This document shows positions 54,502 to 64,000 of a stretch of DNA of 64,000 nucleotides, piece by piece. The notes beneath the pieces are model-generated. The model had not been told where the DNA came from. It worked only from the letters and a program-made list of their open reading frames with translations, and ran no database searches. Both the position numbers and the translations under genes were made by a program. The stretch is from Spizellomyces punctatus DAOM BR117 (taxonomy: Eukaryota), in the NCBI GenBank assembly GCA_000182565.2, contig KQ257453.1; one strand, written 5' to 3'. Every line of letters starts with the position of its first letter. Positions within the stretch are counted from its first letter, which is position 1.

Positions 54502-57500
54502 AAAGGACTGACAATACTCGCGAACACTGGAATCGTTACACTGGATGCAACAACTGATTCATCTTCAACAGTCACTGGCGCTCTACAGGTGGCAGGAGGA
54601 GTTGGCATAAAAGGAACGGTTTACATGGGTAAGTATGCTATTATATCAAGTCCCACCGCAGCAGCCTTCCAGATAAATAATGGGGCATTCGGCTTCGCTG
54701 ACTCAGCTGGACAATGGTTCACAAACACATTAGCGAATGATTACGTCTTGCGAACAAGCACCAGTAATTTGCATATTGGTACAAACGGAGCGACGGCTTC
54801 TAATCTGGATATTCTCTCATCCAGGAATGTTATTATCAATATGACGACAGATTGTACTTCCACAACAACTGGCTCCTTTCAAGTCAAAGGTGGAGTTGGC
54901 ATCGCTAAATCACTGTACATTGGAGGGGATGTATACACAAATGGTGTGAAATTGGCTACTGAAAGTTCTCTAACAGCATCCGTTGCTACGAAGCAAAATG
55001 CAAGTCCTTTACTCGATGCAATAAGTGGTTTAACAACGACACCTAATACATTCATCATGGGGGCATCGAACGGTTTTACAGCGACACCTGTTTCCACTAT
55101 TCTTGGTGGATACCAACCTCTTCTTACTACATCATCCTCATTGAATGTGAATTCTCTGATGACCAGTGGTGGGATATTTGTACAAGGGGCTATGGATATG
55201 GTGTTCCGTGTTGATAATGTAGGCAATGGACTCTTGACAGGTGGCTTACTTGTGGAAAAGGATCTAAATGTTGAAGGACTGATCATTCAAAATGGTGTCA
55301 AGGTGGCAATGCAACAATGGGCTGTTGCTATGATGACTAGCATGACAACTCCTCTCAGTCAATCCTTGACATTGCTTCAAACACTTGTTCAGAATAACAA
55401 GACCGCCGCAGATATGGCGCTTGCTACTAAACAAAGTGCTTCTCCATTACTCAATTCCATCAGTGGTTTAATACCGGCGGCTAACACATTCATCATGGGA
55501 ACACCCACAGGGTTCTCAGTTGTTCCTACATCGAATATACTTTCCTCATATCAACCTCTTATTACCTCATCGACTGCGCTATCATTTAACAGCGCTACTG
55601 TTGGCAGGGGTATAACCATTCAAAATGGCGCAGCATCTACAACAATGTCCTTAGTGAACACTGGGAGTAACATTACATGGGGCATGAGAGTTGCCGGAAG
55701 CACAGGAGACGGAACATTATCAGCAGGCGGATTCGGTCTAAATAGTTCTTATAACAATACAGGCTTCGTTCTGAGAGTTTCCAATACAGGCGTAATGCAG
55801 ATACCAAACACAACTGATTCATCTAGTGTGACAACAGGTGCTTTCCAGGTATCAGGTGGAGTTGGCATAGGAAAAACTCTAACCCTAGGAGCAGGTGGAG
55901 GAGGATTGCAGCCTGCGGCCATAGTCATCAATGCGCCTTCAAGTGCTACTGCATCTATGGCCGTTCTGATTAGTAACAATGCTGCTTCGAGTAATTCATG
56001 GGGTATATACCATGCTGCAACTAATGGAACAGGTATACTTACCAATGGGAGCCTCGGGTTTTATAACTATGGAACTAGCGCCCATCAATTCATCCTCAAA
56101 GCCAATGGAACCATTGCAATCACTTCCACTACAGACTCATCGTCAACTATAACGGGCGCATTGCAGGTATCAGGAGGTGCAGGAATTGCTAAATCACTGT
56201 ACGTCGGTGGTGACATTTTCTCCAATAATCTCAAACTTGCAACCGAGAGTTATGTAGGGATGGCCATTGCTAATAAACAGGCATCGAGTCCACTATTATC
56301 ATCCATAAGCGGTCTTGCACTATCTGCAAATTCATTCATTGTTGGAAGTTCTGCTACATCATTCTCCACGAAAACTGTTGAAGAGGTGAAGTCAATTCTA
56401 GGTGTTACGAATGTCGACCTCTCAGGGAAGCAAAATGCAAGTCCTTTACTCGATTCCATTGCCTCGATGTCACCAATGAGCAATATGTTTCTCATGGGAG
56501 ATGATGTCCAAGGATTCACTCTCGCAAATGATGTCACTGTGCGAAGTATTTTAAACATTGTCAACTATGCCCCCAGCATATCAGCACTGCAAACATCGAA
56601 ACAAGATGTTATAATGTCTTCCAGCAATCTGTTGGTAAATACAATTCTTGCTAATGATACATCCGATGCACAAACCGTATCAAGTGGGGCTCTACAGGTT
56701 AAAGGAGGTATAGGGGTTTCTAAAAGCATCTTCTCAGGTGGAAACATTACAGGAAAAGTTCTTATAGCAGCCTCTACAGGTGGATATTTCAAGTTGAGAA
56801 GCGACACTCCCTCTATGAAAGGTGACTACACTATCTCCTACAACAACTCCGGAGACGCCCTTCACGTCCACCTCGCCGGCTCGTCTGATAGCATAGACCA
56901 ACATCGTTATGAATTCGGTCATTATTCCAGTGATACCTTTGGAACATGGAATAGCTGATTCTCTGTTAACACCTACACCGGAGACCTCATCTTGTCCGGT
57001 AATCTAACTATTGGTTTGCCACTTAATGGGCTACGGGCTATTATTTTGAAAAATCTCGACCCAGGAACCAATGCTTGTGCCATCCAATACTTCCAGAATG
57101 CCGCAGGGAGTGCTGTTATGTTTTTGAACGGAAACAATAGGAGTGTGGATGGGGGAGTAAATACATTTACAATAAGGAACGATGCAGGGGGAGTGCGATT
57201 GCAAGCGCAGGGAGCGAAGGGTATTACTATTGCATCATCGACAGGAAATGTCATAGTTGAAAGCACCACTCCGGCTTTATCGAGTACAACAGGTGCATTG
57301 GTGGTGAATGGAGGTGTCGCTGTTGGAGCCCATGTAGTGGCTGGAGGGAATCTTTATAGCAATGGCCCAGTTTACTCGAATGGTCAGGTGTGCGCAACTC
57401 AGTCATGGGTGACCGGTCAGACATTCCTAAGAAATGTTCAAGTTTTCAAACTGTTGACTAAAGATGTATGGCAATCCAACAATGCCTCGAAAGTTTTCTA

Positions 57501-57792
57501 TGTTTCAACACCAGGCAAGGTACTTATGGAGTGGACAATACGCTTGCATGGCAATGCAAACTCAAATGGTACACTTTCCATCTTCCTTGGACAAAGTGCC
57601 GGCTCAATGCCTCTCGTATATGCTTCAGACTTCAATTTCAACAGTGGAATTAACACTACGCTGACAGCCACATTCATTCTTACAGGGATGGCCGATAACG
57701 TGGCTTACTTCACAAATTTTAGTATCAGTCAGGCTGCTCCTGATAATACCACAGATGTTACCCTCATCAAAATCACGGAACTCGGCCCTTAG
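54502..57792 (+). pseudogene. Viral tail-fibre/spike-like repeat protein, 5'-truncated, one in-frame TGA at 56956
   Basis: About 6 copies of TTDSSSxxTGA(L/F)QVxGG(V/A)GI and 4 of KQxxSPLLxxIxx. ORFs 54589..56958 and 56992..57792 share a frame, which is open back to the LTR edge. Confidence 0.75.
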
Positions 57793-57843
57793 AAACTTAG
57801 TGCACTACGCTATGATTAAAAAACAAAGCTATGTAAACTTACA

Positions 57844-58164
57844 ATGCAACGTGTTGATATAGATTATCATTTGGTATTCAATATCAGGGATGCCATCAAA
57901 GGTGACATGGATAAGTTTTGGAGATATTGCAAGAGCATGTTGACCGGTAGTGACAAGGCAAAAATCATACTGTATCTTAAAAAAAATCAAGAGAACCAAC
58001 CGATTTTTGATAAAATCATGTCAATTGTCCACCTGAGCAAATTGGATCATTTATGCTTCAACTGTACCAGTTATCTCGCAATTTTGAATGATTGTATATT
58101 GCTAGGGCATGAACATAATGAAAAACTGTTCATTTTAGAGATGCGGATGGAGGAGGTTCAGTAG
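57844..58164 (+). CDS. Hypothetical protein of the virus-like element (106 aa)
   Basis: Intronless ATG ORF tightly packed after the fibre gene. Confidence 0.5.
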   Translation: MQRVDIDYHLVFNIRDAIKGDMDKFWRYCKSMLTGSDKAKIILYLKKNQENQPIFDKIMSIVHLSKLDHLCFNCTSYLAILNDCILLGHEHNEKLFILEMRMEEVQ

Positions 58165-58187
58165 GATACCATGAGCCACAGTTCTAT

Positions 58188-58547
58188 TCAACACACAACA
58201 ACCTCAATATCCATAGAACTAGATAGACTCTTAGTACATTCAAGGATTAAGTCTAATTGTTCAACTGCAAATGATTCCTTTTCACTCTTATGCTGCATTT
58301 GACAATATGTTCCTATAGTGGTAGTAGATAGTAAGAGAATCATACCAGGCCAACTAGTTTCAAAATGTGTAGGATATTCGAAAACATATTGAGCTGCCCA
58401 TGAAACTGGCTCAAGTGCAGCCACAAGACGTTCTTCTCTACCATCCCCAGCGCCCGTGAGTATTCCATCTATCGCTCGGTGAATAACCTGGGAATAAAAA
58501 ACACATCGGAACTGCTTTGCATTTTCAGGTTCTTGGTCAGACGACAT
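58188..58547 (-). CDS. Hypothetical protein of the virus-like element (119 aa)
   Basis: Intronless ATG ORF converging on the previous one, with an AT-rich upstream region. Confidence 0.5.
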   Translation of the reverse strand: MSSDQEPENAKQFRCVFYSQVIHRAIDGILTGAGDGREERLVAALEPVSWAAQYVFEYPTHFETSWPGMILLLSTTTIGTYCQMQHKSEKESFAVEQLDLILECTKSLSSSMDIEVVVC

Positions 58548-58716
58548 TATACAATGCCATCAAAATGTGAACGTTAAGATACTTTATATAATAATGACAC
58601 TTTACATCATTGTTCTACATCATGTAGCTAATTTGATGTAGTAGTTGATGTGTACCAACTCTTATAAAAAGCTAGTATGCAATAGCAGAGCTTCTGCATT
58701 CAAACACAACCTAAAC

Positions 58717-59662
58717 ATGTCTTTCTGTAACGACGAGGACGTCTTCGAGAGATCGCGAGTAAGCCCAAATCGGACGCGGGAAGCACGAATCGCGTGACCA
58801 ACTCCACCGATTGGGTTACCGCGACCGAAAAAACCGGTTCGGAGAATGGCAATTGGCGCATTAGATTTCAGCGTGCCTCGTACAACCTGTGGAGGCCCGA
58901 GCCAGTGCGGAAAAGGAAGAGATCGGTACCGCCACCAATAAATCAGTTGCGGTGCAGCGACACCCATTAGTTTAGTTTAGTTTAACAGTTTATCCAAGAA
59001 TCTTGTATAAAAAGGATGTATTCAATAAAATAAGTCGGGGGCAGAAGCCGTAGCGACAAAAAATCCCCATAACTCGCTTCTCAACTCCAATCTTAGGTTA
59101 ACAGGAACCTAACAGAGCGCTTCAACGGCCTGATCACCCGTACCGAAGCCTCTAAATCCTGCTCGGTTCACAACTAACCGACTCTCCTTGCCTCTCGCCC
59201 TCAAGTCGCTACCGACGCCCAAAGAAAGGATTTGGAGACTACGATTCCTAGTACGGACACCCACACAACCTGCTAGGAGACCCAAGTTGTCTTTACTGTA
59301 GTCTACCAACAAAAAATCCGTTACATTTCCCTGTTACTCCAAAGCATGAACACTTTGCTAATTGCATCATGCTCTTCAAGACGGACATGTTGATGGCAAT
59401 GGATAAGCGAGGAAGGTGCATCCATATCAACACTTCCAACTTTCCTGAAGTTCGCCGTATTATGAATGATGAAGATTTGTTTCGCATCTTTGTTCATAAC
59501 AAAACCAAAAGGAGCGTGGGGGAAAAGAATCGGATTTGCCCTGTTTGTTCGCGCAACTATGATATTCCTGATAAAGTCAAAACGGCAACAGAAAAGGAGA
59601 TGGCTCTCTCCGGTGTTTGTAGTGATGCCTGCTGGGATACAGCAACTAAATTCAATGAGTAA
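58717..59662 (+). pseudogene. Small Zn-finger-like protein interrupted by a solo LTR
   Basis: Removing the LTR and one TTTC restores MSFPVTPKHEHFANCIMLFKTD...CPVC...CSDACW. Confidence 0.7.
58726..59325 (+). mobile_element. Solo LTR (600 bp) with 4-bp TSD TTTC
   Basis: TGTAACG...CGTTACA termini. The 3' part (about 59000-59325) is nearly identical to the other LTRs. TTTC at 58722-25 and 59326-29. Confidence 0.92.
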
Positions 59663-59854
59663 GAAGTGAATGTGAGCGGGGGCGTGGGGGGCATGTGGGG
59701 GGCGACCTTTTGAATGGTAAAATTTTGGGACCAGCTAGAATGCGGGGATGCATGAGAAGCAGACACGTCATTGTTCTACATAACCATGATGTAGTAGTTG
59801 ATGTTTACTAATTCTTATAAATTGAATGCATACCATGCTATAGCTAAATCCAAA

Positions 59855-60336
59855 ATGGCTTCCCTCTTTCCCCCAGAAATAGTAACCTTCATCGACGAGT
59901 ATTGTGACATTGACACTAAGATTAAACTATGCAAGGCAACCGGTCTCGGATGGGAGAGGGTCAAAATACCAAATGAGCCACAGTTTCTTCATAAGATGAA
60001 GAGAATCAATCAGTTGCCTTTCTATGATGAATATGTATGCGACCATGAGACAGAATGCCACCCCTTTTTTGGAAATATGAATGCAACGACAAGTTACTAC
60101 GCATAGAGATGCATCAAGAAGGCAACAACGAGTTTTACTTTGTTCTACTCAAAGATTTTGAGAACGAAAACTATTCGTATGCAATGTATCAAGAGTATTA
60201 CCATTATGGTCATGAGGAAGGCTGTATTTTCAGAGAGTATGATGGTAGGGATAAGCGATCAGATTTTATAGCACATCGTGGCAGGGACAGGCTGGTAATG
60301 AGACAATTGTGGGGCAGGGCGATGGATGTTTTTTAG
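59855..60336 (+). pseudogene. Duplicated small gene, copy 1 (frameshifted near 60065), F-box-like N-terminus
   Basis: MASLFPPEIVTFIDEYCDIDTKIKLCKA. Similarity to copy 2 continues in another frame (KYEC..IEMHQE..EFYFVLLKDF). Confidence 0.7.
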
Positions 60337-60456
60337 GGCGTGGGGGGCATACACGAGAGGCAGATACGTCGTTGTTCTACATAACCATGATGTAGTAGTT
60401 GATGTTTACTAATTCTTATAAATTGAATGCATACCATGCTATAGCTAAAATCCAAA

Positions 60457-60897
60457 ATGGCTTCCCTCTTTCCCCCAGAAATAGTAACCTTCATCGACGA
60501 GTATTGTGACATCGACACTAAGATTAAACTATGCAAGGCAGTTAGTCTCGGATGGGAGAGGGTCAAAATACCGAATGAGCCACAGTTTCTTCATAAGATG
60601 AAGAGAATCGATCAGTTTTATAAGATGATGAGAATCAATCAATTGCCTAAATTTGTATGTGACCATATAAAATGCCGCACCGTAACATTTTTGGGGAAAT
60701 ATGAATGCATAGAGATGCATCAGGAAGACAATGACGAGTTTTACTTTGTTCTACTCAAAGACTTCCATGATGAGGATTATTCATATGCATTTTATCGAGA
60801 GGATTACCGTCATCAGGTGTTATGGCAAAGGAGAGATATTGCATTTTTTGAGGTGTTATGGCAACGGAAGGAGATTGAAAGGGCGAATAAAGAGTGA
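60457..60897 (+). CDS. Duplicated small gene, copy 2 (146 aa), F-box-like N-terminus
   Basis: Intact paralogue of 59855..60336 with the same upstream motif. Confidence 0.7.
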   Translation: MASLFPPEIVTFIDEYCDIDTKIKLCKAVSLGWERVKIPNEPQFLHKMKRIDQFYKMMRINQLPKFVCDHIKCRTVTFLGKYECIEMHQEDNDEFYFVLLKDFHDEDYSYAFYREDYRHQVLWQRRDIAFFEVLWQRKEIERANKE

Positions 60898-60916
60898 GAA
60901 TGTATGGAGGGATGTA

Positions 60917-62182
60917 CATGTTTCCATTGAATCAGTAATGGCAGAATAGAAACAAGTGAGAGATGGGTAAAACGGGTAGTGTGAGAAGCTGACTCGATAA
61001 AATGGCTCAAACCCGAGATGATTTAGTAAAAGTTTGTTTCAATGAATGGAGAGAAACCCAAAAAACCCAGACCCAAAAGTGTAGTTTGCTTCAGTTAAGA
61101 GACAGATTTTAAAAAAAAAAAAAGAATAAAGCTTCTTCAAAAAAAAAAATTATTTTCTCATATAGTGGAAGTATGTACACATGTTTGGGTCTGGGTTTTT
61201 TGTGTAAGTATATGTGGAATCGAGTCACCATTCACTTCCATTTACACCATATGATTCCATGATTATGAAGGAAGCGAGGACACGCAGTGAAGTGATTGAA
61301 TGTTCCTTTACTTTCGCCATAGGCGACCTCAGAAACCAAAGCTGTATTTAAAGAACCATGATGAGCAAACATGTCTGAGACATGTCAAATCACGTGACTT
61401 CCATTAACACTATTTGGTTCAACGATTGTGAAGGAAATGAGTGAAGTGAATGTACCTTTTGATCCAAAATGGTGAAGATGTGTCACGTGAGTTGTATGCA
61501 TAGCTTTGATGTTGTATGCATAGTAATCTGCTGATGTAAAGTGGGAAAAGCGACTATCAATAGCAAGTCCAAGTTTTTGCTTAAAGGCGGCTAGCTTCTT
61601 GCATCCTTCCCCCCCAATCCAACCAGCTCCTCTGTAAACGATTCCATATACAACATTCGAAATGTGCCCAAACAATTGGCCATGAGGTGTTCGAACTCAA
61701 TACCTCAAAATACAACTGTTTCCTTATAGGAAATGGGGCATGGCCAATCCCGGGGAGTCATGCTTTTTTAAATGAATGTGGGAGGCAGCGATGGAGTGAA
61801 TGCCACGTGACATGATGGATGTTATTGATTACGTAAGCATTATGAAAGCAGGTCGAGCTTATACGAGTGTAGTTGACAGGGCATTTAAATATGGAGTGGG
61901 CATTTCAGCTACAGTTGTTGACAGGGCATTTAAATATGGAGTGGGCATTTCAGCAATAGTTGTTGACAGGGTGTTTAAATATGGAGTGGGCGTTTCAGCA
62001 ATAGTTGTTGACAGGGCGTTTAAATATGGCTCCTACGGGTACTATGGGTCCTGGTAGAGTTGAACGAACTATGGGTTTTCTGGCATTTCTGGGTACTATG
62101 GGTCCTGGTAGAGTTGAACGAACTATGGGCCCTCTGGTAGTGCATCACCCATGGTATATACCATGGGTGATGCACTACCAGA
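60917..62182 (-). repeat. Right terminal inverted repeat (about 1266 bp)
   Basis: Reverse complement of 45344-46610 with scattered transitions and homopolymer length differences. Confidence 0.95.
62133..62182. repeat. Perfect 50-bp terminal palindrome (right)
   Basis: Same 50-mer as 45344-45393. Confidence 0.97.
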
Positions 62183-62187
62183 TAGGT

Positions 62188-62286
62188 CTCATTAGGCAGG
62201 AAAGCTTTTGCAAAGGAAGTTTTGTTGCATGTATGTAAGGTGGGTTTGTCAAGCTTTTCAAGCTTTTGCTTTTTCTTTGGCGGCAT
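62188..62286 (-). pseudogene. Fz1: Fanzor1 N-terminal 33 codons, separated by the nested insertion
   Basis: MPPKKKQKLEKLDKPTLHTCNKTSFAKAFLPNE with an SV40-like NLS. It joins 45343 in frame once the insert and one TSD copy are removed, giving about 628 aa. Confidence 0.93.
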
Positions 62287-62674
62287 GATGATTGGAATAG
62301 AAAAATGGATGAAAGCCTGGAAAATGGGCAGAGAATGATGAAAGCCTATTGGCAGAGAATGATGAAAACCTGGGAAATGGGCAGAGAAGGCGGGTTTATA
62401 TAGAGATATGACAACTGCGCATTGGACCCATTTTTCAATGGTGGAGCAACTGCAGAATATTCAATCCGTTCATTGCCGCACATATTGGACCTGTTTTTCA
62501 ATGGTGGAGCATCGTTTGGGCATCGAACCATTATCAAATCATAGTTCATGAGTCTAAATCGAGTAAAATTATGATTCAATTGGTTGGAATCACTGTACTA
62601 GTGCCAATACCCACCGGCTCCGCACTATGTTCGAGAAAAAGCCACCAAAAAATGTCCACTGGAATGACCCCCGA

Positions 62675-62746
62675 AGGTCCCACCGAGAATCGAACTCGGG
62701 TCGCAGGATTCAGAGTCCTGAGTGCTAACCGCTACACCATGGAACC
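62675..62746 (-). tRNA. tRNA-Gln (CTG)
   Basis: GGTTCCATGGTGTAGCGGTTAGCACTCAGGACTCTGAATCCTGCGACCCGAGTTCGATTCTCGGTGGGACCT folds as a cloverleaf with anticodon CTG and a GTTCGA T-loop. Downstream T6 terminator at about 62647-52. Confidence 0.95.
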
Positions 62747-63789
62747 AATTCAGCAGTACATGTGCGCTTGTTTATAATGAGCTGTGCAACCCCACAAGAG
62801 GGATGCCACCTATTGCTCACCTGACAGATGAGCGGCTCACCTGCCCCACGATGCACAGCCCGCGGCATGACCAGTGCTATCCATATCACGGCCACACGGC
62901 ATGACCCATTCGTGCTATGCAAACGCTCTCTCTTGCCACAACGACATTGCCATCAATGCTATGCATGTGTCATAGCCTCCTTCTTTCCGTCCAATGCTAT
63001 GCATGTCATGGCCTATCTCTCTAGCCAGCCAGCCAGTTGCATATAGCCATTCAAACATGTAATAAAATATCTATCATACTTTTAGTAGTAAATTTTCAGT
63101 TCCCTTTTTGTTATTAGTACCCAGAGTCATTGACTGAACCAATAGCCTAGTCATCACATGACAATGTCTTGCATGATTCGGGTCATCCCGCTAGTCATGA
63201 GATATCGATAAATGAAACTATCTAAATGAATCACACAGCCACTCTCTAAATTCTATCCATCGATCAACAGCAAATAAATAACATATAACGTGACTGTGTG
63301 TGTGCGCATGTGATAAAGGCATGTGAATAATTGCCTTTTATAGAACGCGTTATTTCCCGCCTGCCGATCTCTCTCGTGTCTCCCTTGTGTGTGAGAAAGA
63401 GTGAATAATCGGAGGGAACCGTGTCATTCATTCTCCCGTCTCATTCCGCATTATTTCCATAAAAGGAAATCTATAATTCTTTTATTTTTCCCACGCGCTT
63501 CAAATCAGGCGCGCGTTTACTTTTTATATCTCTTCACTCCACACACACACACACTTAAACACATCACATGGTGTGTTTATCTCTCGCTCTCGTATTTTAG
63601 ACTTGTGACCTTTTTTTTCTTCTTCTTCTTGAACGATGCTTCAAGTCTTTTCCCCTTTCTCCTTCTTCTTCTAGACTTACTTGCAATTTACAGTTACGGT
63701 ACTTACGGACGACAATTACCGAGGGCAATTACGACAACGAACAAGAGAAACGCTTTACAGACAAGACTGACAGAAAACAGAACGTAGAC

Positions 63790-63889
63790 ATGCCTGGACA
63801 ATTGGCGGAACCCGTCTTGACGGTCGCCTTTAACAACATTCAGAAACTCACTTCCATTGACGAGTCAGACTTGCAAACAATATGGAATG
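63790..63889 (+). CDS. First exon of a host gene running off the window, possibly fungal DUF1752/DUF3295-type
   Basis: MPGQLAEPVLTVAFNNIQKLTSIDESDLQTIWN, then a GCAAGT donor and a pyrimidine-rich intron ending TAG. Confidence 0.45.
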
Positions 63890-64000
63890 GCAAGTATTTA
63901 CCTTTGCATTCGCCTTGCTCTTTGTGCCCGCTTTTTTGCATAGTCTCGCTCTCTCTCAGGCAAAGCGTATACTTACCCACTCTCTCTCGCTAGTCTTTAC

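Larger units (their letters stand above)
45344..62182. mobile_element. 16.8 kb virus-like (Polinton-like or linear-replicon-like) integrated element with long TIRs and palindromic termini, internally deleted
   Basis: TAGGT duplicated at 45339-45343 and 62183-62187. Inverted repeats of about 1.27 kb. Intronless D5 helicase, fibre-like gene and small ORFs inside. Confidence 0.9.
43470..62625 (-). mobile_element. Fanzor1-carrying TIR transposon (Spu-1-like), about 2.3 kb once the nested insert is removed
   Basis: 28-bp perfect TIRs GTGCGGAGCCGGTGGGTATTGGCACTAG at 43470-43497 and 62598-62625. TA on both flanks (43468-69, 62626-27). Minus-strand CATA immediately 5' of the element. No transposase seen. 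Confidence 0.93.

Noticed and set aside
62020-62187. C-terminal part of ORF 62020..62286
   Set aside because: Read-through from the Fanzor N-terminus into the inserted TIR, not a real domain.

Overview
Intron-rich fungal genomic DNA, most likely a flagellated chytrid: the Fanzor copy is very close to Spizellomyces punctatus SpuFz1 as I recall it. 1-43.4 kb holds ordinary host genes: a C2H2 transcription factor, SUB2 (with an intronic box C/D snoRNA candidate), RSP5, PKC1, a prominin-like protein, an ODF3/SHIPPO-repeat protein, MEC1/ATR, an aspartic protease, a cis-prenyltransferase and a GHKL/sacsin-like protein. 43470-62625 is a three-level nest of mobile elements. (1) A Fanzor1 TIR transposon with TA duplication, CATA TAM, intact omegaRNA scaffold and a guide matching its own empty site. 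(2) Its ORF is split by a 16.8 kb virus-like element (45344-62182) with a 5-bp TSD, about 1.27 kb TIRs, a perfect 50-bp palindrome at each end, a D5-like SF3 helicase, a tail-fibre-like gene and small genes sharing a promoter motif. (3) That element carries a chromodomain Ty3/gypsy element lacking PR-RT and lacking a TSD, plus a solo LTR. The nest shows a strong CpG-to-TpG decay signature. A tRNA-Gln and the start of another host gene end the window. Exon boundaries and host gene ends were read by eye and are approximate.
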